DNA of 63,239 bases, the filler included, from Nemertoderma westbladi (taxonomy: Eukaryota > Animalia > Xenacoelomorpha): assembly GCA_032718475.1 (NCBI GenBank). It is 3 parts of 3 records of this genome, joined end to end, with 100 filler letters (N's around TTAATTAATTAA, not from the genome) between each part and the next. Parts side by side here need not be neighbours in the genome. Positions count along the whole stretch, not along the records: positions 1 to 25,454 come from JAUCBJ010004210.1; 2 more parts are not named here. One strand, 5' to 3'. The translations under genes were made by a program, and so were the position numbers. Of the stretch, positions 1-13,289 are shown in pieces. The number at the start of each line of letters is the position of its first letter. Positions within the stretch are counted from its first letter, which is position 1. The notes under the pieces were generated by a model. That model had not been told where the DNA came from. It did no database searches and was given only the letters and a program-made list of their open reading frames with translations.

Positions 1-300
1 TTTTTAAAAAAAGTAATGTTTTAGAACAAATATTTTTTTGTTCTAGAACAATTTTTTGAAAAAAATCTGGATTATATTTAAAACGCATGGCATCGTTCTA
101 AAACGTGTTTAAAATCAATAAAAAAAATTAAAAAAAAATATTGTGAAAAATTTTTTTAGAAAACAAAATTTTGAAAATTTTTTTTATTGATTTTAAACAC
201 ATTTTAGAACGATGCCATGCGTTTTCAATAGAATCCACATTTTTTTCAAAAAAATGTTCTAGAACAAAAAATATTTGTTCTAGAACATAATTTTTTAAAA
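1..300. repeat. Imperfect inverted repeat (foldback/MITE remnant)
   Basis: Arms ~1-128 and ~178-300 are reverse complements, e.g. AAAACGCATGGCATCGTTCTAAAA vs TTTTAGAACGATGCCATGCGTTTT. May extend beyond the window start. Confidence 0.8.
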
Positions 301-604
301 ATGAGTAGCTAACATCTTCTGGAACATATTACGTAAGATGAGAGTGCCTTGAAAAATAATCTTAGGAAAATATTCTTAGGAAAATATTATTACTGTATTT
401 ACAGTAGAGGTATAGGTTCACCACTAGTCCTACCATATACGTAGCGTACAGTTAATATCGGGAAGGTTTTTTTTTGACTAATGGACGTGGACGACCTCCA
501 AACTATTGACATTACACTGTCTTAAATGATCCCGACCCTCAACACTGAATGCTGCCGAAGCAGAGTTATGCTTACTGCTTAAAGGTGTGAAGTGAACCGC
601 GCCA

Positions 605-639
<35 letters not shown>

Positions 640-792
640 TGGCTCAGTTGGTGGGATGTCCGAATATGGAATATTCGCTCTTTTATATTTGCGAACAGAC
701 AACTGTGACATAAACTCTAAAGGCAGGAAGTATATAATAATATTTATGGAAATAAATAATCTGAAAATCCGTAGAATGTTGATTATATAGTA

Positions 793-2766
793 GGGCAATT
801 CCATCGTTACGGACTCACATTCATACGCAATTTTCGAATTTAATTGGCATATTTAATTAACAACTTTACAATATAAATAACATTCAGCTATGGTGGCTGA
901 TGGATTAATGGTACATCTTTACTTTGACTTATAAAAAAGAGTTGTATCTCATTTGATTCATAGGATATTGTAAATATAGTGCCCGTTACGGACTCACATG
1001 CAAATGGACAAAGAAAAATTACCCAATTTTATTTTGACAAATTCTCTTGAAATGTTTAACGCCATACGTTATAACTTTCACAATGAGAGGTCGATACATC
1101 AAATTTTGTAAATTTGTAAGTTAATAGCAGAAACATATGGTGGTAAACCTCATTTATAGAGAAATTGTTCGTTACGGACTCACAGAAAAAATTGTTACGG
1201 ACTCACACTTGAAATCGTTATGCACTCGTTATTTTGTTTAGAAAAAAAAGAGCAACGACCAATGACTGTTTATGGTATTTATTCAATAAATATATTTATT
1301 GCTTATATACCTTTCGCTTTCACAATGTACCTTAAGTATCACTATTAGATATATCTTTAGTAGTGTTCATATTTTGAGTAGGCATATTTGGTGTGTGTAT
1401 AGTAGTGTATATTTAATATCCTATAAGTTCATATGACCAAAATTTGTTAAAATGACCAATTTCTAATTCTTTAACAACATAAATACCACGTTCACGGAAA
1501 ATTTTTTATACTGGAAAATACATTTTGAACAGTATTTCGTTGTATTTATGTTTTACGATCACTACTATCACAGTACTTAAGTTATTCAACCTTGGCGTAG
1601 TTGGTTAAATCGGTGGCATTGAAATCACATCTCTCCTTGGGTCGTGGGTTCGATCCAATCATGAGGGCTAGGGTATTTCGTTTCGGCACGAATACTATAA
1701 AGACCATAAAGGGACTTATTAGCCAGGGCGCATCTCTTCCTTCCGTAAACTGTAGCTAAATGAGAACTGGAGTTTCTTCTGGGGAATATAGGAGGGGACC
1801 GCACTGGAAATATACACTTTATTATTGAGAGTTTGTGCGTAATCCCTGGTCTAACGGACGATTTGTTTGTATCACTATCCATCATTTGGTCACTCGTTTC
1901 ATGAAATCTTGGCGAACTTCGAGTGTATCATACTATACCATCTTGGTCAGTAACTTCTGTCATCCGTGATATATGCCGTTTGGCCCTTTCGGCCCAGAAA
2001 TGTGAGTATTAGTCGTAAGAGACAGGATTAAACGGGCGCAATGAAGAATGTCGTACATTAGGATGATGTATGAATGAATACGTTCGAATGTACTGTCGAT
2101 GGACAATTGTCAGACTAAAGGAGCTGAATACTTTCAGTTTACATAGTGAATAATGTATACAAAGCAGAATGATTCTTACCTAACCTACCGCCTGGTGAGT
2201 CCGTAACGGAAAATTTGTGAGTCCGTAACGCTATTCTTAAACAGTTCAGCTGCAATACAAACCATAGAGACCTAATGGATGGTTTTGATTGGTTGTAAAC
2301 CCAAAGGAAAATGATTGTCAGTGCAATACACATGCGGGGTGTACTCCAAATTAAAACTTGAAGTACTTTTCGTTACGGACTCACATAATTCTGTAGGCCA
2401 AATCTAAAATTTTTGAAACATTGAATACACAATGCTATTCTGTCAATATTCAAATTTTTATCATCAATAAGCTTCTAATAAATGTTGAATTTTCGGTTGG
2501 TGTAATTACCTGTCTTAATCAGACAATTTCAATGGTAGTAAGATTATATCAAAAATGACATGTAATAATTTCTGCATATTTGAAAATACGTAAAAAAAAT
2601 TTCTCATATTCAATAATGAAAAACCAGTTGTTACCCTCAAAAAAATTAAGAATCCGTCACTTTTATTAAAAATTTAATTCTTTCTCGTCATTTTGATACC
2701 AAAATTATGCTGATTAGATGACTTTTTATTTTCGACGTAAGTGTTACATCAATGGTGGAATTGCCC
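793..2766. mobile_element. Non-autonomous TIR DNA transposon, Sola2-like
   Basis: TIR GGGCAATTCCA...TGGAATTGCCC, 4-bp TSD AGTA (789-792, 2767-2770), seven internal GTTACGGACTCAC copies, no transposase. Superfamily inferred only from GRG termini and the 4-bp TSD. Confidence 0.7.
1586..1830 (+). mobile_element. tRNA-derived SINE-like element (tRNA-Ser-like head)
   Basis: Pol III A box TGGCGTAGTTGG (1593-1604), TTGAAAT anticodon-loop-like segment, B box GGTTCGATCC (1647-1656). Acceptor stem does not pair. 3' boundary approximate. Confidence 0.55.
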
Positions 2767-3267
2767 AGTAGGCCCTTAATCAACACAGTCCACGTAATTA
2801 CTAATAATTATTAAGTAATAATTATTTCCTGTACAGTGTTGCACAAGTAAACATTTAAAAGCCAAATGGGGATTCATTCTTTAAGTTCCCTTTCAGCCTA
2901 TGTAAATGATTGAGCCAATCAGGTTACAATTTTCTGGCTTCAGTCCGCCGTTTGTCCAGACAACAAAGAGCGGATTCTTAGTTTGGAAGTCGATAATTCA
3001 ACTTGACCGCGCGGATTTTGGCAATCCGCAGTCCGCTCTTTACATGCACCCCTTTCTTATACCTACAATAACTAAATTACTACACGTACCCTTACTTTTA
3101 CAAGTGTTTACAACTTACAAGGTTTCCGGTATACGTACTGACGTAGGCCTACAGTACATAAAAGTAATCCTGTCCTGTAATCTGATACATAGTCAATACA
3201 CAATAGTGCAGCAGTGTATATCCTTCTTAACTAATACTAAAGTTTTAACTTTGAACAATTATTAATT

Positions 3268-4458
3268 ATGGACGACTATTTAGGATTGAATTCCGAAGAT
3301 TACGTGGATAATAATGAACTACAAGACGCACCGCCCATACATAGGCCCATCCCAACCGCGGCTCTTTCAGCAAAGAGGAAGTTTCGTCAGCGGAATAATA
3401 AGACCCGAACGGAAATTAATAAAGATACTAATGATATTGTTTCTAATACCCCAAACAATGTTCTAGAAACGAATGACGTCACTTCCGCAACTGATTACGC
3501 CTTAAAAGTCCGAAACGCTGTGAGAAAGAAAACGTTTATTTCCAGTTCTAATGAAAAGAAGCAAGAAGTAACGAAACCATCTGGACTACAGCGGTTTAAC
3601 CATCTCAGAGAAGATGTGTTCGATATGGATAAACTCACGGAACGGGATGTTGCGAGTTTACTGAGGGAGAGAGTTATTTACGAAGACGATAAAATTCTCT
3701 GTATAAATAAACCGTATGGGTTGCCGGTGCACGGTGGACCCGGGATGGTGTGGAGTGTGATGGGAGTGGCGCAACGGTTAGTGAAAGCGGTGACACACGG
3801 AGGGGTGGGACCTCCGATAAAGTTAAGTCTATGTCACCGGTTAGACCGACAAACTACAGGAGTGGTAGTTCTAGCTAAAAACAACGACATTTGTTTCCAA
3901 ATACGACAAATGTTCATAGAAAGATCTATCCTAAAGACCTATTGGGCTATAGTTTGTGGTGTATCTATAGACTCTGAGGAGGGGACTATAGACATCCCAA
4001 TAGGAGAGAGTAAAGCAAGAGATGGTCTCGATAGGTTGGTTCTCAAACCGGATATTCTAAACGACGCCGGTAAGGTACTGAAGCGAGCCAGACACGCCAG
4101 TCCTGCGGTTACGGACTACCGGGTTCTATCTGGTAGCCCGGGCGCTTACATGCTCGAGTTCCGGCCCCACACCGGGGTTAAACACCAGATCCGGTTGCAC
4201 GCCGCCTGGGGCTTGGGCTGTCCCGTGTTAGGAGACCACAAGTACTCGCACCACGATAAACTAGCACCCCAGCAGCTGTCCGCTCCGCTCTACAAGGCCT
4301 TGGGTATTCGCAAGGCGCAGACTCGCTACCTCCCAATGCATCTACACGCTCGTAAACTAGTTATACCTCGTTACTTCGGTACCAAAGACTTGATTATCGA
4401 GGCGAAAGCCCCTAAATTTCATATTCGTAATATGCAACGTTTAAAACTCAGATTTTGA
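3268..4458 (+). CDS. RPUSD4: RluA-family pseudouridine synthase, RPUSD4-like (396 aa, single exon)
   Basis: INKPYGLPVHGG, catalytic HRLDRQTTG, TGVKHQIRLH, GCPVLGDHKYS...LAPQ...LPMHLHA tail typical of RPUSD4. An upstream exon cannot be excluded. Confidence 0.85.
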   Translation: MDDYLGLNSEDYVDNNELQDAPPIHRPIPTAALSAKRKFRQRNNKTRTEINKDTNDIVSNTPNNVLETNDVTSATDYALKVRNAVRKKTFISSSNEKKQEVTKPSGLQRFNHLREDVFDMDKLTERDVASLLRERVIYEDDKILCINKPYGLPVHGGPGMVWSVMGVAQRLVKAVTHGGVGPPIKLSLCHRLDRQTTGVVVLAKNNDICFQIRQMFIERSILKTYWAIVCGVSIDSEEGTIDIPIGESKARDGLDRLVLKPDILNDAGKVLKRARHASPAVTDYRVLSGSPGAYMLEFRPHTGVKHQIRLHAAWGLGCPVLGDHKYSHHDKLAPQQLSAPLYKALGIRKAQTRYLPMHLHARKLVIPRYFGTKDLIIEAKAPKFHIRNMQRLKLRF

Positions 4459-7086
4459 TTTTATTAGCAGATTAAGTGCATTAAAACATAATTCGTTTGT
4501 AATAAATGCTTGTTTATTTTATAATGGACAGACCAAATGAAACCCTAAAATAAACTTCACAGTTTGTTCTCCAAAATTTATAATAAAATAAATAATAATA
4601 TAATAATATTACTATTAACTGGCAGTTGAAAGTTGCAGCTCATAAATGTCCGGTTTCACTCACCTGGAATAGTCTGGGAATTTTTTTTTTAATGTCAGAG
4701 AATTCTTATAAAAATGGACAAATTAGGGAAAGTCAGGAAATTTGGTATATAAATGATTATGTGCCATAAGCGAAAATGTTTGCATTGGTAATGCCGGGAC
4801 CTTACTGCGCATTTAATATTTTTGTTGTCTTGTAATTTAATTTAATTTAATAACTAATTATCTTGATTTATTTTGTAATCAAATTAATATTTGTAGTCAT
4901 TTATTATTTACATATTATTATATTATTTATTAATCAAGTACTTTTGCAAAGCATCTTTTTAATAAAATATCGTGTTTTGTTTTCATGTAAAAATAAAAAT
5001 ATTTGAAAATATTTTTTGAAAGTTATTTGTAGATGCGAACTGTGAACTTTATTTAACTGTTCTATGGATGTTTTAGAACAACACTTTAAAGATTTATATA
5101 CATGGTGAGGTAGAGTAACGGGCTAACCCATATTTTAAAATCAAATATTGAGTCAAATACGTCAACCTGAAAAACAATAAGCCGAATGATCCACTCTTAT
5201 GACAATAATTATAGCTGAGGCTGGTTTCTTAGAGGTAACAGCTCAAAGAAAATTATACAGCTCTAGTGCACAATCTCGCGACGGCCTTCCCTTCCTGTTG
5301 CAACCTTGCGCATAAACAATAAACATAAATTAATTAAGTGTATCACTCTACTGGTTATCAACACCCCCAAGGCAGTACAGAACTCTCGAACGAACTAGTG
5401 TAGGTCGGAAAGTAGTACATACAACATGGAACTGCAGGTGGAATAACATCACCACAAAGACTCTTGGATGGTCTAGTTCGTATTGTAAGACCAGTGTATA
5501 TCTCCCAAGGTATTTCAGCTTGAACGAATCGCAAATAACGAAATGAGTTTTCACTTTCCCAAATTTCGCCCTCCTTGCTGCAGACTTTAGTATTTCTTTA
5601 GTAGATGGATCTGCGTCCCCACAAAGATTTAGACAGGGATTTTCAATGCCAAGATTCAGTTGAACTTATTAAATGAAGGGAACTGGCAACTGGAGAATGT
5701 TTTTACTTTCAGATATTTCGTCCTCTCATTGCGGCAGGATGGCGAACTGCAGACCGATTTACCGTCCACACATCGTCCGCTGGATGTGTTATGGTAACTA
5801 CCTGACAAGTTTCAGCTTCAACGGCCATAATAAACGAAATTAGGGAAGGTTTTCCTCTTTCAGACATTTCGCCATCTAGCGGCAAACTAGGGAACTGAAG
5901 ACAGATTAGAGCCTCTAATTAAAGAGGCACACCCGTCTGAGCCATGATATTATATTACAGTATTTCCTATCTATGGTTGGTTGTCTACAGTATATTTGAC
6001 TGGGCTTTCAGATAAATGCTACAATCCTCCAATTAGGTATTTGGGACAAGTAAAATGTATATCCATATACTCAGCAGCGCTCTATGACAGTCACCTCTAC
6101 TGTAAGGTTGTCTTTCTCATACATTTCTGTAGGCCTATAATGCAGTAGCCCTGCTGTTGAAGAACTCGGAAGAACTGTTGGTGTCGTTTACCTACTGTAC
6201 TACTACTACTGTACTAGGATCGGCAATGCTGCATTGCCACTGAAGTTCTAAGAATGATGTCCACGCCACATCAAAATGACTGTTGCACTGTAGGACGCAT
6301 CCGCACATGCAATATATTTTCCTCCGGTATGCAAAACGTTAGACACAGCTAATGGTTTCAACATGTCTGCCAAGTTTCGGCTTAAATGGATTGAAAGCAA
6401 ATGGAATAGGACGTTTTTGGCTTTAATAAGGATTAATAAGTCCTCCAGCTGGAGATTGTTGAAATGATGGTGTCTTAAAGTCTCTCATAAATATCAACTT
6501 TTGGTCCTATTGATATTGAATTATTGATGCCTAAAAATTTTCAGCTCCTCAGCTTTGAATCCGAAAAAGTGATGTCAAAATCGTAACGACGACAACTATT
6601 TGCAAATATATAATGTGTTATGTATAGAAAAGGCCTCAGTATTAATTAATAAACTAACAAGGTGTTTTTAGAGTATGCCGTCGTATCGCACTTTAAATGT
6701 GGTACGAAATCTGAAACGTAGACCTAAAGTCCTTCCTTTCGCCTTCAATCAACCAATCAAATGATGGAGAACCGCGGTCTGAAGGATAAAACTCTTAATT
6801 GGACAGATTTAACTCCAGGAAATTCAACGGATCCATTGAGGATCGGAGAACAACTGTCTCATCAAAACTGATATTCTGTGATAATAATTGTCTGCTTATA
6901 TTCAAGATACTGAAATACCATACCGGTCCGGTAGCAGGGTAGGCCTACGCAAATCATATGTCACTGTAGCTCAGTACAGCAGTAGTTCTTGCACATCCAC
7001 ATACTACAGTACCGGTACTAACTAGTAACTATCGAACTAACAGTACTCAGACACTGAGCCTGACTCCGAATAGCACTGACGTCGAA

Positions 7087-7849
7087 ATGGATACGTTTTA
7101 CGCCATCCCGTTTACAGTTTTGGAAATTCCGCGACTACGGTTGAAGAAGCCGTCGTGGGTACAAACTCCGAGTCCAATGTTTATGTTCATCGTTGTCATG
7201 ATATCCTATTTCCTGGTAACTGCCGGTAAGTGAAGTGGAGATGGAGAAGTGTATTTTTTTTAATTGGTTGGAATCAAGCCTTTTCTAATGACAGGATGAT
7301 GGCAACAGAACGCGAACATGGCCATGGCACCGACTGCCCGGGACCGGCAAGCGGTCGCAGTGCATCAGTAAAAGTTAGATTTGTTTTGAATTTTTCAAAG
7401 TTCTAGTTAATATAATTAATTAACTAAGCCAACCGTTACTAATGAAGCTTTTCTTAGGCCTATAAATTTCAAATATTGTTACGTTAATTATTATATTGCT
7501 CTACTTTAAAACTTATTATTGTTATTTATTTTCTTTAGGAATCATTTACGACGTGATTATAGAACCGCCTTCGATCGGTCAGACAACAGATGACTACGGA
7601 CACCCTAAACCGGTAGCCTTCCTGCCCTACAGGGTGAACGGTCAGTACATAATGGAGGGGCTAGCCGCCAGCTTTCTGTTCAGTTTAGGCGGGATGGGAT
7701 TCGTTATATTAGATAAAACCAACCAGCCGCTAATGCCCCGATTCAACCGCATTATGCTGTTATTCATCGGGTTTATTTCCATAATACTCTCCTTCTTCGT
7801 ATGCCGGTTGTTTATGGGGATGAAACTCCCCGGTTACCTTAGAGGTTAA
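7087..7849 (+). CDS. OSTC: Oligosaccharyltransferase subunit OSTC/DC2; exons 7087-7225 and 7539-7849 (149 aa)
   Basis: Exon 1 MDTFYAIPF...LKKPSW...SYFLVTA, donor GTAAGT at 7226, acceptor TTTCTTTAG ending 7538. Exon 2 [14 protein letters not shown]...[11 protein letters not shown]...MKLPGYL. Spliced length 450 nt, in frame. Confidence 0.93.
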
Positions 7850-10800
7850 CTAGCTGAACATTTCATAGGATCTTAAATGAACATCCGCATAGGAGCGTAA
7901 ATAATTGATGGTGATTGGTGTTTTGTATTTTACTGCGGGAGATGGATAGACGCGATTTGGTTGGAGGAACATTAAAATGATATTCACATTAACTGAAGAT
8001 GATTTCCACTTCATTAACTCGATATGATTCGATTGTAAGAGCAAGACATTCCGACATTATACGGAATTTAATTGATATATTATTTATTGTCTCTTTGTGG
8101 TTATTTTTAGCTGTCAGTGAACCCCAAACACTACCAATACGAAATATATTATATTTTATTTATATAATAACGATTATAATTCAGTTGCTGAAAGCTATTG
8201 AGTTCAATACCGGTACCAAAGCAAATTGTTTCATAGCTAAATTATTATATAACAATAACATGACATTTATTGACATCGATTTTATCCACAAAATTTTATG
8301 ATAAAATTCCGAATTCAATTTTTGGAGTCCGAAAGAAATCGAAATTACACACCGCATTTTTCTTATAATAGGTTTTTAAATTCACCATCATCATCAGAAT
8401 ATTTTATTAATTAAGGAGACCAGCGCACCGTGATAAATCATACATTTCACTATTAACACAAACGGGGTTGTTTTTAATTATGGCCGGTGAAAATCATTGT
8501 GAAACTTTTAAATGAACTGTGGAGCTTCTATTTTATAATAAACTGTTCAACAGATTGTATCGCGCAATGACTCCGAACCCCCGGACTCCGATTAGTATGA
8601 TAATTGTTCTGTTTATTGTTTAAATAGTTAAATGTGTTTTGGAAATACAAAAAGTTAGCTTAGCCTTTAAATTTTTTTGTATGCGATTGAAATTTGTCGT
8701 GAAACAGCACACTTCGGTTCGAAATTAGCCAGCCATTCTTCACATTAGCCTCAAAATCATATCTTATACATAGAAAGTTTGTGTTCCAAGGATTCTATAT
8801 AGAAATCTATGAATTTCGTTGAGAAACAGCTGATATAATATTTGTTTTCAAAGTTTGCAATGCACTTTATATTTAATTTAATACACATAACCTTAATTTT
8901 TGTAATATTTTATGATTCATAAAAACCACTACTAATGTGAAGAATGGCCCCGATACGAAGGGTGAAATTTCACAAACGAACTTATGAACTCATATAAAAA
9001 ATTCATTGTTAGTTTGATTTTTGTGGTAATTTGACAATTTATCACAGAAAGGTAAAATAACATTCCGGTTGTTATAGTTTACTGAGACTCTCACAGATTG
9101 ATGGTTACATTATTTTTTAGGACACGACATTTCAGGGTGTAGGCAGGAGCAAATTGTTGGAAAAATGTCATCAGTATTTTAAAACCAGATCACAGTCGTT
9201 ACCAGCATAAAAATGATGGTTTTTCAGCCTTTACTAGAAAAATAGTTTCATAGTCAATTCGAAAAGTGTCAAAGTCAAACTGATTTTCACGGACAAAATT
9301 TTAAAAAAATACAGTACCAGTATTATTGATGTCAGTGTACCAGGATACCATTAAGTTATTATTGATACTTTGCACCATTTTTTTTACCAATGATGCTTAT
9401 ACAGACAGACAGACAGACATTGACATTTTAAATACATTTTTGTAAACTATTTCCGCGCCACAGTGCGCCATTGGTATTTTTTATACTTTATTGCGTTATT
9501 GAATCATGAGCGCCAGCTCGTAAAGTGGCAATTCCTTAATCAGTGTGTGTAAGCCTAGTATATAGTACTATATAGTATATAGACTATAAAATACTAAAAA
9601 TATGTTCTATATTTTCCGGTCTTCATGTACTAGATAAGTTCCAGTATCAATATAATATACAAACCAGTGACAGAAACCTGATTACATAAGGTTCGATGTA
9701 GGAAACGACGGGGCCCCGGCAAACTCGGCCGATTTTTCAGACCTGGCCCCGGCTCCAGCCTGGCTTTAAAATGCCGGGTGTACTTAAAATAAATTTAACT
9801 TTTTTTGTATTTTTTCTATTTTTTCCCAAGGATGTATGGCTAAAGGGAAAAGCGATATTTTACCAATTTAGTTATCAAAATAATTGTATGAAAATAAATT
9901 ATTTGGATTTCTCTAATTTTCTCACACACCGTGTAGTCAGGGTATCATTCCATTCTAATCGACCCTACAGTATGACGCGCGGTTTGGTCAACAAATAAGA
10001 ATGTCCCTACTTATCAAAACAAACATACCAAATCTTAAATAAGATACTTTCGACGCCTTGAATTACAGGCGCACAAAATTTAAACAGATGGCAGGTAACA
10101 CTTTAAGGAATTAAAAGTCAAAGATTTTGGTCAAAGTTGTAAAATTTGAACCGCTGAACGGATTGCTGTCATTCAAGTATCGTTCGAAAGCTAATTTTTT
10201 GCTCTTTAACATATATATAAATTGTAAAATTGTAGCGAATATTTAATTATACACAACATGAGAATGTAATTTCCAAATTACATAAAAACGTAGACTTGTC
10301 AATAAAGTTTGTGTTGTTTTGGAAGAGGTGGCGTCATAATATATCGAAAATGAAGAATTAAAAACAAGTTTATGCAAATATATTACATACCTACTGTATG
10401 TGATCCTCATATAATTTGCAGTTCAGTAAAACTACTTACAGTACATTGAAAATATCATATCTATTACGTAGCTGTATGAAATTGGGTTAAAGTTTATTAC
10501 AACTACGCGAAATATAGAGATAAGCTGCTTCTTGGAAATCAAAATTCAATCCAATAAAAAAATACAGAGACTATCCTTAAAAATCCAATGTTATGCTTCC
10601 AAGACTACCTATAGTGTTAGGCTTCATATGCATTTAAGTGTCATATTTTTGAACTGTAGTTTGGCTACAAGAGCTATTGTTTCCAAGACTATTATAAAAA
10701 AAGTATACTTTTCTAATATTGTGTGGTTTGTCCCTAAATATACTGTAGTAGTCTTGTAACAATGACTTCGTGAATACTGTAAATTGCTGCACAACTATAC

Positions 10801-10862
10801 ATATTTTCTTTACAAAAATAAGTTACATATAAAATGCGTAACTTGTCAACAATTAATAGTCA

Positions 10863-11146
10863 AATAGGCGTACGGGCAGGGAGGCGGGGAGGTCAATTGC
10901 CCATCCAAAAAATTTCTATGGGGCGAAATTACAGGCATAATAAAGGGCGAAATTTTTAAGTATTACTGTACAACTTTTTCAAACATTACTGCGAAGGTGT
11001 ATGTCCACTGTTATACCAAAGCAAAAAAAAGTTAGTTAGTTTTATCATTATATTATACAGTATTATATTGTTTAAAAAGTTTGGTTTAAATGTGCAAAAT
11101 CTCAACATTGTTTAAAAAAATTTCACTCGTTACGCTCGCATTGTTT

Positions 11147-11179
<33 letters not shown>

Positions 11180-11212
11180 ACTCCCAGTGGTAATGGTTCC
11201 CGTACGCTTATG
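10863..11212. mobile_element. MITE with short TIRs and G-rich/C-rich subterminal tracts
   Basis: ATAGGCGTACGGG ... CCCGTACGCTTAT inverted ends; TSD not clear. Confidence 0.5.
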
Positions 11213-12411
11213 AATGTCCCGTAGCCTTGTTCATCGTAATAATTACATGGTTGTATAATGTATAGGCATGATTTACATACTTTGTGATCGTGGTGTACGG
11301 ATATCACAGAGCATTCTCGTTCTAGAGGTTAGGTTAGGGACATAATATAAAAAGAGCCCGTGTTTGCACTATTAATTGTCCTGCGTTTGACGGCCTAATA
11401 TCGAAATTATGTAGTTTAGTTTGATTGTTAATCAATTTTATATAAATGTAGACGTAATTCTGTAACGTACTTTGAATGTTTGGATATTGAAAGATCTCGT
11501 ACTGGAAGCAAATTTCATTATGTCGTATCATTTATGTAGAGCTCTGTAGAGTTCCGTTAGCGGTAATTGTTTGATTTAGGCTAATCAATAATAGTGTAAT
11601 GAATGAACAGTTAGATACTTAACGTAGGGTTTAATGATGAAATACTCTGTACCTTAATTAAAGACGATAAATTTTTAACTTATATATGTAGTACCCACCT
11701 TACCGTATTAACACCGTTATCTGACATTATCTGAGGATCATAATAAATCTTAATTATTGATAATGATGAATTATAATAAAATAAACTTGATGATGCTCGT
11801 GTCATTCATCTTTTGTCTTTTTTGGGCCATGTGACATTCCAAGATAACACATTGTGGGAAATAAGAAAGTTTCCAAGGTTACAATGTAGTCTTGGAAGTT
11901 GTACAAGACTACAAATGTAGTCTTGTCAAGCGTAGACTAGTCTGCGATTTGTAATTTGGGAGACAAATTTGTAAAATTTTACCACATTTTATTTTTTAAT
12001 TTGTCCTGTCTTAATTAGCTTTATCTCTGATTAGCACTAAAAAAAAGAGAAAATTCTGAGATTTCGAAATATGTTAAGATAGTAATGCTCTTGAAAACTT
12101 TATGTTTTGACCACTTTTTTCGGCTTAAAGTGTTTAGTTCCAGATACAAAATCATGAAATATTCGAACGCTCATCGGAATTCTGATTTTAATAGATATTT
12201 CGGAATCACAGAGTGCAGTACAGTATATCGACGGAGATATTATTTATAAACGGTTTCTAGCAATATATTGAATGCGGAAATAAATATGACTAATCGACCA
12301 ATTAGAAAGAAGTAAGTAGGGGGGTTTAATCTGTGTTTCAAATTGAAAATACACTCTCATTAAGGTTTGTAGAAAAATAAGGTGATGTGGGGTCGTGTCG
12401 TTTGATTGAAA

Positions 12412-12525
12412 TACTACTACGTCGAGTGAGCTCGGACAGTGGAAAAGGAATTGAGATCCTTCCAGGCTGCCCGATTCTCCATAGTTGTCGCAATTTCGTT
12501 CTCTCAAGTCCAGTATCCTTTTCCA
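12412..12525 (-). mobile_element. 5'-truncated RTE LINE 3' fragment
   Basis: Matches the 3' end of the RTE at 58119-58240, with a (TAG)n tail on the minus strand. Confidence 0.8.
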
Positions 12526-13289
12526 TAAACAAATCAGTTTCCCTTTCTGACTTTGAATTAAGATTTAACTAAGAGTTCAAAGGTTCTAAGGTAGTAATTG
12601 GAAAGTGATTGGCCCAGAGTTTTGTGTTGCTGGGGTACTGGTACACAACAGCTGTTTTATTATTTTATAATAAAAGATCTTGCTGATAGCCGTTAACTTT
12701 ATAACACATGACCGCATCAGTAGCGCAATACTAATAGTACTGCTGTACTACACTACAATACTGTAGTACCGTACTCTCCTCAGAATATCACCGTTATGTG
12801 GTCAAGTCTCTCTACTACTATGTAGTGTTTGTATTCTATCGGGCGGCCTCCAACACTAATTAAAGGGAATTAAATCTGGTTCTACTTGTGCCAATGGCGT
12901 TTTTTTATAGGCCTACAAAACTGATGTAGGCCGGATTAGTTCTGCGCTGTTTAGACTAAATTCAACATCGCTGCGCCGATGATAAATCATAGCTGTGCAT
13001 ATAGGCTGCAGGACCGTAACCTAACAGAACATCTAAACAGTTACCGCTACGACAAATCTGCAGTACTATTCAACTATTGCAGTTATTTGTCATCGTCATC
13101 GTCATTGTCTCGTCATCATCTGCCTACTACTGTATATCTATCAGTTTAATTTGTAATTTGATGTATATTAATAAACACTTCAGGTTGTGTTATACGGACT
13201 TCTACCGTTATCTACTTTATTTGAAGTATTTTCTGGTATTTGCTGAGTTTTGCTTTGTTTTACTCAAGTAACTCAGTATTCGAGATGAG

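Noticed and set aside
478-804. Poly-proline ORF
   Set aside because: Product of the G homopolymer at 611-639; no other coding signal.
1586-1665. Functional tRNA-Ser gene
   Set aside because: Acceptor and anticodon stems do not pair; treated as a SINE head.
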